Shown piece by piece: positions 12,653-21,854 of a stretch of DNA of 64,000 nucleotides (position 1 is the stretch's first letter; every line of letters starts with the position of its first letter). The translations under genes were made by a program, and so were the position numbers. This stretch comes from Escherichia phage vB_EcoM_CRJP21: sequence record OQ708376.1, one strand, 5' to 3'. The notes under the pieces are model-generated. The model was given only the letters and a program-made list of their open reading frames with translations, did no database searches and was not told the DNA's origin.

Positions 12653-13075
12653 ATGTTCACACTAAGTAATGCAAAATATCTTTTTCTTATTAGTATTATT
12701 GGTTGGGTTATGGCTCCAGTGCTAAATGCACTGGGGTTTTCCGATGAACATAAACTTTTAAATGTTTCAGGTTTAATTCAGGGTATTTCATGGTATACAT
12801 TAATTATATTTTCAGTGTGCATCAATACATTTGCCCGTGATTATCGACGTTTGTTATATCTGAAAGTATTTGGAACTACACGATATAGTTTTGTTTACAC
12901 TTTCATTTTAGTACCGTGTATGTTATATGCATTTGTATTTGATTACTATACATATCTATGGGTATGTGGAACTATGTTTGTTATGTTGGAATACATCAGA
13001 ACTGTTCAAAACTCATATGCCGATGAGTTTCATGATCTAGAAGTTAAACGAAAATTAACGGAGCTAAACAAATGA
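12653..13075 (+). CDS. hypothetical membrane protein
   Basis: multiple hydrophobic segments. Confidence 0.55.
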   Translation: MFTLSNAKYLFLISIIGWVMAPVLNALGFSDEHKLLNVSGLIQGISWYTLIIFSVCINTFARDYRRLLYLKVFGTTRYSFVYTFILVPCMLYAFVFDYYTYLWVCGTMFVMLEYIRTVQNSYADEFHDLEVKRKLTELNK

Positions 13076-13497
13076 GAGGCTATAATAAGATTTGTATTTT
13101 TGTATTTTTAGTTTGTGCATTCAATTCGTTTGGTTACTACTGTACAGAAAATAATATTTCATATGGTTTAAATCCTTTGTGGTTTACAATTTCCAATGTA
13201 GCACAAATTGGTATTGCTCTTATGTCTGCACTTATGTTCTGTCCAATTGTCACTATGGATACTGATCATGAAAGGCTTGGATTTCTCCGTGATACTGGAG
13301 ACGAACCTTACAGTAGATTGATTGTGTTGTATCCATTTATTGTTATTTTAGGTACTAACATCCAACTTGGGTCATTATCTAATAGTGTTACATCAGCAGC
13401 TATTGCTATATTTGCATTCACATTTTTTATGGTACACAAATCAGTACTTAATTGGTATATCACAAAAATGGCAGAAGAAGGTACTAAAAATACTTGA
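13072..13497 (+). CDS. hypothetical membrane protein
   Basis: ATGA overlap; hydrophobic segments. Confidence 0.55.
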   Translation: MRGYNKICIFVFLVCAFNSFGYYCTENNISYGLNPLWFTISNVAQIGIALMSALMFCPIVTMDTDHERLGFLRDTGDEPYSRLIVLYPFIVILGTNIQLGSLSNSVTSAAIAIFAFTFFMVHKSVLNWYITKMAEEGTKNT

Positions 13498-13556
13498 CAT
13501 AATTTAGTATGTTATATATAATTATTTTGTTAAAAACAAATTAGAGTAAGGAACTT

Positions 13557-13808
13557 ATGAACATCGATAAGGTCAAAGAACTTAGTGCTGCACTAATTAA
13601 GAATGAAGAAGTTTGTGAAGAACTTCGCAGTACTATCAAAGTTGAGTACGCACGACTCCAAGGTATGCTTCAAGAATCAGAATGGGTAGTAACTAAATCT
13701 ATCGAAGCAATCTATAAGGATATCGAATCCCTTTTCAACAAGAAAAGTAAGATTGAATCTGATTCATATAACAAACGTAAAGAGTTATCTACTGCACTTG
13801 GTATCTAA
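13557..13808 (+). CDS. hypothetical protein (83 aa)
   Basis: ORF with SD aaggaa. Confidence 0.55.
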   Translation: MNIDKVKELSAALIKNEEVCEELRSTIKVEYARLQGMLQESEWVVTKSIEAIYKDIESLFNKKSKIESDSYNKRKELSTALGI

Positions 13809-13882
13809 AAGTATTTGACATAACAAATAATATGGAGTACAATGTGCTCCTAATTTAATTATCAGCTAAAAAGGAAAACATT

Positions 13883-14143
13883 ATGAAATCTATTCTCGTT
13901 GCAGTTAACCTGGTTGCTTCCCCATCTTTCAACTTCAAACAAGTTGTTGCTGATAATCTGAAGAAGATCTGTCCAAACGCTGAATTGACTTTCTGTGTAT
14001 TTGATTCAGAAAAAGTAACTAAAGTTGATCTAAACTATCTTTTGAACGAAGTACAAAGCGTTTCTGGTGAAAGTAACTTAAAAGTTCTTCATGAGATTGC
14101 AGAAGATTATGATGACACTCTAGTAATTTCGGAGAAATTCTAA
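13883..14143 (+). CDS. hypothetical protein (86 aa)
   Basis: ORF with SD aaggaaaa. Confidence 0.55.
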   Translation: MKSILVAVNLVASPSFNFKQVVADNLKKICPNAELTFCVFDSEKVTKVDLNYLLNEVQSVSGESNLKVLHEIAEDYDDTLVISEKF

Positions 14144-14148
14144 ATCAA

Positions 14149-14568
14149 ATGATTACATTCATTCAGTACTTAATCATTAAATTTTTTGGCTATTATACGA
14201 TTGAGGGCAAAGCTACGCTTGCACATAAAATCTTTGTAGCATTATGTACGGGTGATTATGACGTATTGAATAAGTACTGTAAATCTAAAGAATGTATTGA
14301 TATAATGGCACTTCGTATCTATGAGTGCCGATCCAATAGATACAATTTTTACCAGTACAGATTTGATAAAGAAGAATTTGATAGCATCAAAATGCTAAAG
14401 AATTTATGTAACAATAAAAAGAATATGCATATATCAGAATTTGTTGCTTTGTATTTTTATTTAAAAAGTTCATTGTATATGAACACGATGCAAAGATTCG
14501 ATACTAGAATTAATGTATTCACCGATAAAGAATTTTATATATACGATAAATTCTTAGATAAGGTTTAA
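14149..14568 (+). CDS. hypothetical protein (139 aa)
   Basis: ORF. Confidence 0.55.
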   Translation: MITFIQYLIIKFFGYYTIEGKATLAHKIFVALCTGDYDVLNKYCKSKECIDIMALRIYECRSNRYNFYQYRFDKEEFDSIKMLKNLCNNKKNMHISEFVALYFYLKSSLYMNTMQRFDTRINVFTDKEFYIYDKFLDKV

Positions 14569-14569
14569 T

Positions 14570-15067
14570 ATGACAACTGTTTATATTGATAAACGATTAA
14601 ATTTATTGATTACCGATTCTAGAGTTACGTCAACTATACCACGAAACTTATTTGGTTTTTTCCCACTAAGACCAAAATATCAATATGGAGTTGTTAATCA
14701 AAAAACTTTATATGTACATGACCGTTTATTCAGTGCTAGTGGGTCAGTAAGTGAAATTGATAAAGTACTGGATTGGTTAATTAATAAAGTACCAGTTATA
14801 CCTGACAGAAAGTTAAGTTGCCATTGTGTGCTTCTTTCTAAAGATTATGTTATTCATATGATTTTAACTAAAGGAAAGTTTATTAAAAAACTTGAATATC
14901 TACATGAAGACTACACTTTCTTTATGGGAAGTGGTGGAGAATACATGGTAGATGCTGCTATTCATGAAGAACATACAACTTTATATGATAAAGTGTTTAG
15001 TACTTTCATGGATGTGCATAACCATGATTGCTTCACAGATGATAATATTAATGTATATCGATTTTGA
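14570..15067 (+). CDS. candidate HslV/proteasome-beta-like Ntn hydrolase (165 aa)
   Basis: N-terminus MTTVYID... (Thr after Met) and GSGGEYMVDAA, resembling the HslV signature GSGGPYAQAAA. Confidence 0.45.
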   Translation: MTTVYIDKRLNLLITDSRVTSTIPRNLFGFFPLRPKYQYGVVNQKTLYVHDRLFSASGSVSEIDKVLDWLINKVPVIPDRKLSCHCVLLSKDYVIHMILTKGKFIKKLEYLHEDYTFFMGSGGEYMVDAAIHEEHTTLYDKVFSTFMDVHNHDCFTDDNINVYRF

Positions 15068-15088
15068 TTTCGTCATTAGGAGATGTAA

Positions 15089-16054
15089 GTGAAAAAGCTT
15101 GATTTAAATACAATTGCCGAAGAAGTTCTGGATGAATGTTTTTCTAATGAAGAAGTCAACACACTAGAAGCCTTAGATTTCGTTGAAGATAAAGATGAAA
15201 ATGAAGGTAAAGTACAAAGCAGTTTCAAATATAATATTACACTTAAGCGACCACCAAATGTTTCCAATGAAGATCTAATTCGTGATATTCAAGCTGGTAT
15301 CAATGTAAAGAAAAACACTGAACTGTTAGTTCGTTACAATTATGGACTTATTATTGATGTAGCAAGTAAATGTACTTGTTATATCCCATTTGAAGATAAG
15401 ATTTCATATGGTGTTGAGGGGTTCATGAGAGCACTAAAAACCTTTGATCTTAATAAGAATGTGAAGTTCATTACCTATGCTTCTTCTAGTATTTACATGA
15501 CAGTTTATAACGAAAGTTCTGACGCTAACTATATGGTACACTTCCCACGTTATATGAGTGTTCATAAGATCAAAGTAAAAAGATTCTGTCAGGAATATAT
15601 GCGTAAACATGGTGTTCGCCCAACTCCTGAAATAATCTCAGAGGGTACTGGGATTGAGATTCAGCATGTTAATAACTGTTTGTTATTTCAAAGCGAATAC
15701 ACTTCTCTGGATGCACCATTAGACGGTGTTACCGATGGTACACTAGGTGACATTATTCATTCACCTGCTTCTGATTTTAACCTCAATGTTGATAGTATTC
15801 GTGCACCTTTACGTTATGCTATCAATGAACTGACTAACGAATTGAGTACTAAAGAACGTGAGATTATCCAGCGTGTTCATGGTCTAGGTGAATATGAACC
15901 TGAAACGCTTCGTGAGATTGCTGATAATGGTTTTGTTGATGATAATGGAAAATATGTTAAATCCCGTTCATCAATACACCGAAAGTACAGTGAAGCTATG
16001 CAAAAGCTTAAGAAGTTAGTACTTGCAAAAGGGTACGAATACGAAGATTTCTAA
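15089..16054 (+). CDS. sigma70-family RNA polymerase sigma factor (GTG start)
   Basis: region 2-like GVEGFMRALKTFDLNKNVKFITYASSSI; region 4.2-like REIIQRVHGLGEYEPETLREIADNGFVDDNGKYVKSRSSIHRKYSEAMQKLKK. Confidence 0.6.
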   Translation: MKKLDLNTIAEEVLDECFSNEEVNTLEALDFVEDKDENEGKVQSSFKYNITLKRPPNVSNEDLIRDIQAGINVKKNTELLVRYNYGLIIDVASKCTCYIPFEDKISYGVEGFMRALKTFDLNKNVKFITYASSSIYMTVYNESSDANYMVHFPRYMSVHKIKVKRFCQEYMRKHGVRPTPEIISEGTGIEIQHVNNCLLFQSEYTSLDAPLDGVTDGTLGDIIHSPASDFNLNVDSIRAPLRYAINELTNELSTKEREIIQRVHGLGEYEPETLREIADNGFVDDNGKYVKSRSSIHRKYSEAMQKLKKLVLAKGYEYEDF

Positions 16055-16059
16055 AGAAC

Positions 16060-16090
16060 AAGGGTTGGCTTATGCCAACCTTTTTTTTAT
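16060..16090 (+). terminator. intrinsic terminator
   Basis: hairpin gggttggc-ttat-gccaacc followed by 8 T. Confidence 0.7.
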
Positions 16091-16109
16091 GGGATGAAGT
16101 AAAAGTTTG

Positions 16110-16650
16110 TGATATAATTATCTTGTACAATTCTGTTGGCATGATATTCATGTACCTGATCCACTCGAAAACGTAGAGGGCAGTTGAGCAGTCCGACAGT
16201 GCGAACAGCAAAAGAAACCCGTTAGATGTGGGCATAGTTTGAACCCCTCACGGCAATGCGGCTGTATAAAGAACCACGTTAGGATAGCTGGTGGTTCCTT
16301 GATAGACATATAAGGATAACACCTTACGAATTATCTAAGGGAGAGTTATCGAATTTTGTACAGGAAAGTTGCGTCCAAAATTTGAGTACTCACATTAAGT
16401 ATTTGATTGCATAGATACTTAATGAAGATACACTATGTTTAAAAGTGTAGACCGTCATATGAAACTGAAGTAGAGAGAAACAGGATGACCCGCTTTCGCA
16501 CTCGTTATGAGTAATCTTCAATGCAATAGCTCTGATACCATCAGCGTCAAATTTCCCTCCTTGTGGGGGGAAGAAAAATCCCTTCCTCAAATCCCGTCAA
16601 TATTAAAAGTCCTTGACAGTTATTAATCATTCGCGTAGAATACGTAGTAT
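16110..16650 (+). ncRNA. candidate non-coding RNA region (ORF-free, follows extended -10 promoter)
   Basis: TGaTATAAT at 16110-16118; about 540 bp with no credible ORF; GC-richer than surroundings. Confidence 0.25.
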
Positions 16651-16705
16651 TAGAAGCGAACAGACATCTCGAAGAGATGGATGATTAACCATTAAGGAAT
16701 ATCAA

Positions 16706-16915
16706 ATGAATTCAGTAATCTTTTTAGTAGTCGCTTTCTCTGTTAATTCCGGTGTACAAATAACCCCAATGAATTCCATGAATCAATGCATAGCAGTACG
16801 TGATAGTACATACGAACAAGTAAACAAAGATATTTGGATTACAGTTAGTAAAGAACAAATGTGGTGTTACAATAGTAATACTAACACAAAGCTTATTGTA
16901 GGACAAACTCAATGA
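16706..16915 (+). CDS. hypothetical secreted small protein
   Basis: ORF after TTGACA-N17-TAGAAT promoter at about 16614-16642; N-terminal hydrophobic. Confidence 0.55.
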   Translation: MNSVIFLVVAFSVNSGVQITPMNSMNQCIAVRDSTYEQVNKDIWITVSKEQMWCYNSNTNTKLIVGQTQ

Positions 16916-17142
16916 GTTATGGCGTTCGTTTTGAGATTCGTTCTATTGTCATCAATGCAGAGAAACAAGTATCGTTGGATGGTGATATACGTGAAATTTA
17001 TCTATCATGTATCCGTGCGAAATCTGAAGCAGATGCCTTAGTACAAATGTATAGTTTTAACTTTTCAAATGGATTCTATTTGGTACGAGTTATTGAAGTG
17101 AAAAAAGTACTTATTGGTTGTAGCATAGAAGGATTAATGTAA
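16912..17142 (+). CDS. hypothetical protein (76 aa)
   Basis: ATGA overlap. Confidence 0.5.
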   Translation: MSYGVRFEIRSIVINAEKQVSLDGDIREIYLSCIRAKSEADALVQMYSFNFSNGFYLVRVIEVKKVLIGCSIEGLM

Positions 17143-17143
17143 A

Positions 17144-17932
17144 ATGAGCACTATAGATGAACTGATTCGACGGAATTCAAAATATTACCAACCATCAGAA
17201 ATTGTAGGTAACATTACCAAATCAGAGTTTGGTCCAAATACTCGAAAACTCATTCATGTAATGTCACGTGATGGCTTTAAATGTGATTGTTGCGGTGAAT
17301 CTAATGTAGTATTCACTTTACACAAGCACAGTACTAAAGATCGTTATAAATTCAGACCTTATGTACTTAAAGGGAAACGCCTTGTACGCATGACGTTAGA
17401 CCATAATGTACTGGACTGTCTTCAGGGCGGTAATGATAAAGAGAACATGACTGCACTGTGTGAAGATTGTAACGCATTACGCCAGCATAAGTTTGCTGAA
17501 TACAGTGAGTTTAAACACTGGTATAATAACGCGGATCGTTCAATCGAGCCTGACGTTAACTACTGCTTCATTGAGTACATTAAGAATGCCAAAGATACAT
17601 ACATTCTTAAATCAATGTCACCTATTACCGTGTTTCCTGAGAACCTATTCACTACATTAAAGAATAGTTTTATTGTAGGTGATATTGATGCATTCAAGTA
17701 TTTTGACAAAGGTGCAAAACATTTTGAAATTCAATGTCTTAGTACTGCACTATGTGAACTCATTAAAATTTACATAAAAGAGTATTTGGGTATTGACAAT
17801 GTACGTGTACCAGAGTATACTTTTTCTATTGAATTCGATTGTGAATCAATCAAAGAGTTTGGAATTCTTTTCAATAAACAAATAGAACTTGCAATTCAAA
17901 ACGAAATCAAGTACTATACTACTAACATTTAA
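17144..17932 (+). CDS. HNH endonuclease (possible free-standing homing endonuclease)
   Basis: CDCCGE...LDHNVLDCLQGGNDKENMTALCEDCNALRQHK, an HNH-type motif. Confidence 0.65.
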   Translation: MSTIDELIRRNSKYYQPSEIVGNITKSEFGPNTRKLIHVMSRDGFKCDCCGESNVVFTLHKHSTKDRYKFRPYVLKGKRLVRMTLDHNVLDCLQGGNDKENMTALCEDCNALRQHKFAEYSEFKHWYNNADRSIEPDVNYCFIEYIKNAKDTYILKSMSPITVFPENLFTTLKNSFIVGDIDAFKYFDKGAKHFEIQCLSTALCELIKIYIKEYLGIDNVRVPEYTFSIEFDCESIKEFGILFNKQIELAIQNEIKYYTTNI

Positions 17933-17947
17933 TCAGAGGAAATTATC

Positions 17948-18130
17948 ATGCAAATTATCATTCTTATCGTTGGCATCATGCTGGGTGTTTACGGTCACTC
18001 CTGGATGAACGAGAAGTTTCCTAATACGCGTCCTGAGTATTGCAGTTCTAATGTATTCCAGAATGGTGAGAAACCAAAGGAAAGCATTGGTAAAAAGCTG
18101 GATAAAGTACTTGATGTGATCAATGAATAA
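17948..18130 (+). CDS. small membrane protein
   Basis: N-terminal TM MQIIILIVGIMLGVYG. Confidence 0.45.
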   Translation: MQIIILIVGIMLGVYGHSWMNEKFPNTRPEYCSSNVFQNGEKPKESIGKKLDKVLDVINE

Positions 18131-18341
18131 GGGCCATAAAATGTTTAAACCGAATTCCAATGTTGGTAAGAAAGTTCAATTACTTGAAGATGTATCCACC
18201 ATGAGTGGAATTTTCCCAAGAGGTCACATCATGACTATTATTGCCGAAACATCCCGTGGGTGGGATTTGGAAGATGCTGATGGTAATCGCATCCTTGAGG
18301 CTGGATTCTATGGTCATCGTGAATATAAAATCGTTGATTAA
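18123..18341 (+). CDS. hypothetical protein (72 aa)
   Basis: ORF. Confidence 0.5.
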   Translation: MNKGHKMFKPNSNVGKKVQLLEDVSTMSGIFPRGHIMTIIAETSRGWDLEDADGNRILEAGFYGHREYKIVD

Positions 18342-18437
18342 GGATACAACATGACTTTAGAGATTGTCTTTGGTATTGTTAGCTTAGTCGTCTGTGTGGG
18401 TTGGTTTGGGTATCTGATGATTTTTAGTGATTAATAC

Positions 18438-18465
18438 TTGACATAAGATATCAGTACTGTATAAT
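18438..18465 (+). promoter_or_regulatory. sigma70-like early promoter
   Basis: ttgaca-N16-tataat with CAGTACTG in spacer. Confidence 0.6.
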
Positions 18466-18495
18466 GTTTATATCAAACGAAATCCACTTTAACAA

Positions 18496-18789
18496 ATGAT
18501 AGGAAATATTATGTCTTTTTCTAAAGAAGAACGTGACCTTATTAAAAAAGCAATCTGGTTTTATGCTAATGAAGGGAAGTGCGATGAAGAAAAAGCACGT
18601 GAACTGTGTAATATCTTTGAGAAGAAACAAGATCTAAAAGTGTATCGTATCCGTGATTTGGATGAAGGGGATCGTATTGTCCTAGCTGAAACAAAAGAAG
18701 AAGCAGAACAAATCTTCACTGATAAAAACGAAAATCCACATTGGATGGAAGAAGTCTGTGATGTTAAAAAAGGTACTTATATCGATTGA
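18496..18789 (+). CDS. hypothetical protein (97 aa)
   Basis: ORF downstream of promoter. Confidence 0.6.
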   Translation: MIGNIMSFSKEERDLIKKAIWFYANEGKCDEEKARELCNIFEKKQDLKVYRIRDLDEGDRIVLAETKEEAEQIFTDKNENPHWMEEVCDVKKGTYID

Positions 18790-18908
18790 CAGTACTGAAT
18801 AATAGCAGTATTATGTTTTATATAAAAGGGAATGCAGTGAAAGGAAAGACAGCATAATCGTACTCGTCACTGCGTTCCCGCCCTTTTAAATTAAATGAGG
18901 AATTAACT

Positions 18909-19217
18909 ATGTTTCAAACTAACACTCAAGGTTTTGTAATCATCGATTTGAATCAAAACAGCGGTCATTGGATGAAACCTACTGACGCATGTATGCAGTT
19001 TGATTTCTTAGGTTACAAAATTAGTGTAAGTACTGGTGCTTCTGTACTGAGAGGTGGTTGTATCGTTGAACATCTGGTAACTGATCCAGAAGGTCGTGAG
19101 TATGAAATCGCAGGTTCAGTACAAGATGCCATTATGTTTGTATGTCAGCGTGAAATGAATGGTTCGAATTCAAATGCACTGACTCATGCTCTTTCTCAAG
19201 AAGTGGAGGTTCGTTAA
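18909..19217 (+). CDS. hypothetical protein (102 aa)
   Basis: ORF with SD gaggaa. Confidence 0.6.
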   Translation: MFQTNTQGFVIIDLNQNSGHWMKPTDACMQFDFLGYKISVSTGASVLRGGCIVEHLVTDPEGREYEIAGSVQDAIMFVCQREMNGSNSNALTHALSQEVEVR

Positions 19218-19462
19218 TGAAATACATTGTAGCAGTACTCGTCGCATTTCTACTCACTGCATGTGATGCTTCTACCAAAGAACGTACAAGTGATTTTGTT
19301 CTACCTGCTGAATTAAAAGAAGCAGGGTGTAAGATTTATCGTATGCAACAAGATGGTGCTGGTGCGACTTTATACACTGTGTACTGTCCTAATGCAAATA
19401 CAAGTACTGGATACACTAGCGGTAAAACACGAATCAACACTTCCGTAATTCATGGAGAATAA
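19217..19462 (+). CDS. putative lipoprotein
   Basis: signal peptide with lipobox LTAC. Confidence 0.6.
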   Translation: MKYIVAVLVAFLLTACDASTKERTSDFVLPAELKEAGCKIYRMQQDGAGATLYTVYCPNANTSTGYTSGKTRINTSVIHGE

Positions 19463-19464
19463 CA

Positions 19465-19833
19465 ATGAGCCTTGATACAACACGTGCAGCAGATTTATTA
19501 ACTCGTCTGAATGATGAAGAATATCTTGCTGAGATAAAGTACAAGCTTGACAAACTTGTTCGAAGTGCTGAAGTAATTGAAGTTGAAGGTCACTTACCGA
19601 TGGATCAATACCATAGGTTCAAGGAAGATATGGTTTATTATCCTAATGAAATTTGGATTGAGTGGCAACATTGGACTAACAAAACTCTTCGCATTGAAGG
19701 GTATTGTGTGAAGTATGAAAGTTCACCTGGTGATGTTACAAAAACTCTATCAATTTGGTGTACAAAAACAAATGAACTCGTTGAGGTGAATTTGAATTAT
19801 ATGAATGGATTCCGTTGGGGTGATGTTAAATGA
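19465..19833 (+). CDS. hypothetical protein (122 aa)
   Basis: ORF. Confidence 0.6.
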   Translation: MSLDTTRAADLLTRLNDEEYLAEIKYKLDKLVRSAEVIEVEGHLPMDQYHRFKEDMVYYPNEIWIEWQHWTNKTLRIEGYCVKYESSPGDVTKTLSIWCTKTNELVEVNLNYMNGFRWGDVK

Positions 19834-20105
19834 TTAAAAAACTCTTGACTGGAATCATTGTGTGCAGTACAATGTTTCTTACAGCATGTAATGATGACGG
19901 CAGGTTTAGTGCAAAAGACTTAGTTCGTCAGGATTGTACATTCACAGGTAAGTCTTTTATTAACGAGTATGAAATATGTACACAATCAGGTCGTATCTGT
20001 GGTGGTTGGGAAAAACGTCAGGAGCGATTGTATGTATATGAATGCCCTGGACATCACAACAAAGTACTAAGCACACACAAACTTGTTTATGATAAGGTTG
20101 AATAA
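19830..20105 (+). CDS. putative lipoprotein
   Basis: signal peptide with lipobox FLTAC. Confidence 0.6.
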   Translation: MIKKLLTGIIVCSTMFLTACNDDGRFSAKDLVRQDCTFTGKSFINEYEICTQSGRICGGWEKRQERLYVYECPGHHNKVLSTHKLVYDKVE

Positions 20106-20320
20106 TGACTACCAATGAAATGATGCAGGTTATTTGGGATAAAGGTTGTGATATTAAAATCACTAGTACTGATGTTCGTGTATTCAAAACTGAATATATG
20201 GAGTACTTGGACCTTGATACTTATAATAATATTGTATCAATTGAACACAAAGGTGCAGTACTGGAAACCATTGACGTAGTACTCAAGAAAGCTACCGACC
20301 TATTAGGAGTGGCAGTGTGA
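20105..20320 (+). CDS. hypothetical protein (71 aa)
   Basis: TAATG overlap. Confidence 0.5.
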   Translation: MTTNEMMQVIWDKGCDIKITSTDVRVFKTEYMEYLDLDTYNNIVSIEHKGAVLETIDVVLKKATDLLGVAV

Positions 20321-20416
20321 ATAACAAAGAGTGGGAAGATTACCGCAAGAAGTGCAGGGAGTTTGATAAAGAACTTACTGGTACAGTGAATGCAGTAATG
20401 TGGGTATCTGTAATTA

Positions 20417-20674
20417 TTGCAGTTCTTGCGTTGGGTGCTATTATTATTAATAAATTATTCTAAGGCGAATATCATGTTTACTTTATATCTCGCAGTAGTT
20501 CTCACCAATGGTGAAATCACTCGTACTATTGGTGAAGGTGTATATAAAACACCAGACCAGTGCTACTCTGCCACTCATTGGCCTCGCGATAGTGGGGATG
20601 AAACTCGCACTGAATTCAAATGCATGAAAGTAAAAGGTGATTTTGTTAACCTTAAGGTTATCGAGGCGAAATAA
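20417..20674 (+). CDS. hypothetical small secreted protein (true start possibly 20474)
   Basis: ORF; hydrophobic N-terminus. Confidence 0.45.
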   Translation: MQFLRWVLLLLINYSKANIMFTLYLAVVLTNGEITRTIGEGVYKTPDQCYSATHWPRDSGDETRTEFKCMKVKGDFVNLKVIEAK

Positions 20675-21192
20675 TGGATATTAATGAGTTGTTGAAATTA
20701 GTGTTTAATCGTGAACGCCGCGATACAAGACCAATTGAATATCAAGATGTGATACGCATTGAAACTGATTTCTGTTATGGTAAAACAACTCATGACCTTT
20801 TGAATCTCTCTGGAAAACGCTATGCTGATGTTTGTTTTTCAGAGAGAAGTGATGGTTCAGAAATAACGAGTACTGATATTGTTTGTTACGCACGCAGTGC
20901 TGATAAATCTTATGAAATAGAACTTATATATTCCCCTAGTTCTAAAACAAATCATCACCGCCATATTTTATATGATGTTTACACACCACCTGGTATTGCT
21001 GAATATTTTGTTATTGATTATAGTACTGAAGAAAATGTGTTTCAACAAAGTTTGATTCATAACTTTGAGGTGAATGATCCATTAGTACCAAAGTTGTTCA
21101 AACTACTTGACACCATCGATGTTGATTTTGAATTTGTTATGTGCATTAGAACTTCTTTATTCAATGAATTCATGGAACTTTTTAATATATGA
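20674..21192 (+). CDS. hypothetical protein (172 aa)
   Basis: ORF. Confidence 0.6.
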   Translation: MDINELLKLVFNRERRDTRPIEYQDVIRIETDFCYGKTTHDLLNLSGKRYADVCFSERSDGSEITSTDIVCYARSADKSYEIELIYSPSSKTNHHRHILYDVYTPPGIAEYFVIDYSTEENVFQQSLIHNFEVNDPLVPKLFKLLDTIDVDFEFVMCIRTSLFNEFMELFNI

Positions 21193-21410
21193 ATAGATAC
21201 TATGTTGTGTATGAACACGTCTCTGAATTTAATAACATACGCGGGTTTTCCAGAGTAGTCACCAAGATGGATGTATTCATTCGTGCTCTTAGTGAAGTAG
21301 ATGCACTGTTTAAATTGTTTGATGAAATTACAAAGTATAACACACCTAAAACACACCGCTATGTGGAAACTGTACATAGCATTATGCTAACTGAAAGTGA
21401 TGAGGAATGA
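21189..21410 (+). CDS. hypothetical protein (73 aa)
   Basis: ATGA overlap. Confidence 0.5.
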   Translation: MNRYYVVYEHVSEFNNIRGFSRVVTKMDVFIRALSEVDALFKLFDEITKYNTPKTHRYVETVHSIMLTESDEE

Positions 21411-21413
21411 TAA

Positions 21414-21632
21414 ATGAATTTATATCTAGTTGAAGGTTTAGTACAAGTCTATAAACCAGAAGGTGAAGGTCAACGTTTTTCACACGTAGAAGAATTTAAG
21501 TACGTTGTACAGGCTGATGGTCAGTACGATGCGGAAATTCAAGTAGATGAATCATTCCGTAAGAAAAATGAAATTGGTAAATTTCAATACCAGAACTTAC
21601 AATATAAAGTATGGCCTAGTATAAATGACTAA
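21414..21632 (+). CDS. hypothetical protein (72 aa)
   Basis: ORF. Confidence 0.5.
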   Translation: MNLYLVEGLVQVYKPEGEGQRFSHVEEFKYVVQADGQYDAEIQVDESFRKKNEIGKFQYQNLQYKVWPSIND

Positions 21633-21840
21633 GATGTGGTGGTGTCATGGTGTATATAACGTGTATGTAAATGGTAGATATAAAATGTCTAGTACCTATG
21701 CAAGACGTGTTAATGCGAACAACCAAGTTGATGCTGCTTGTGAGATCATTGAGTGGTATGCTGAGTTCAATGCACCTGACTATATGTACGAAATAGTTAC
21801 AATAAATGTTGTACAAATCGATACATCTTTGATACAATAA
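21625..21840 (+). CDS. hypothetical protein (71 aa)
   Basis: ORF. Confidence 0.5.
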   Translation: MTKMWWCHGVYNVYVNGRYKMSSTYARRVNANNQVDAACEIIEWYAEFNAPDYMYEIVTINVVQIDTSLIQ

Positions 21841-21854
21841 CCACATCAAAAAAA

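Noticed and set aside
16090-16700. Group I intron considered for the ORF-free 16.1-16.7 kb segment
   Set aside because: It is not embedded in a recognisable split gene (no flanking exon halves), and I could not identify P/Q/R/S core elements by eye. Reported only as a generic ncRNA candidate.
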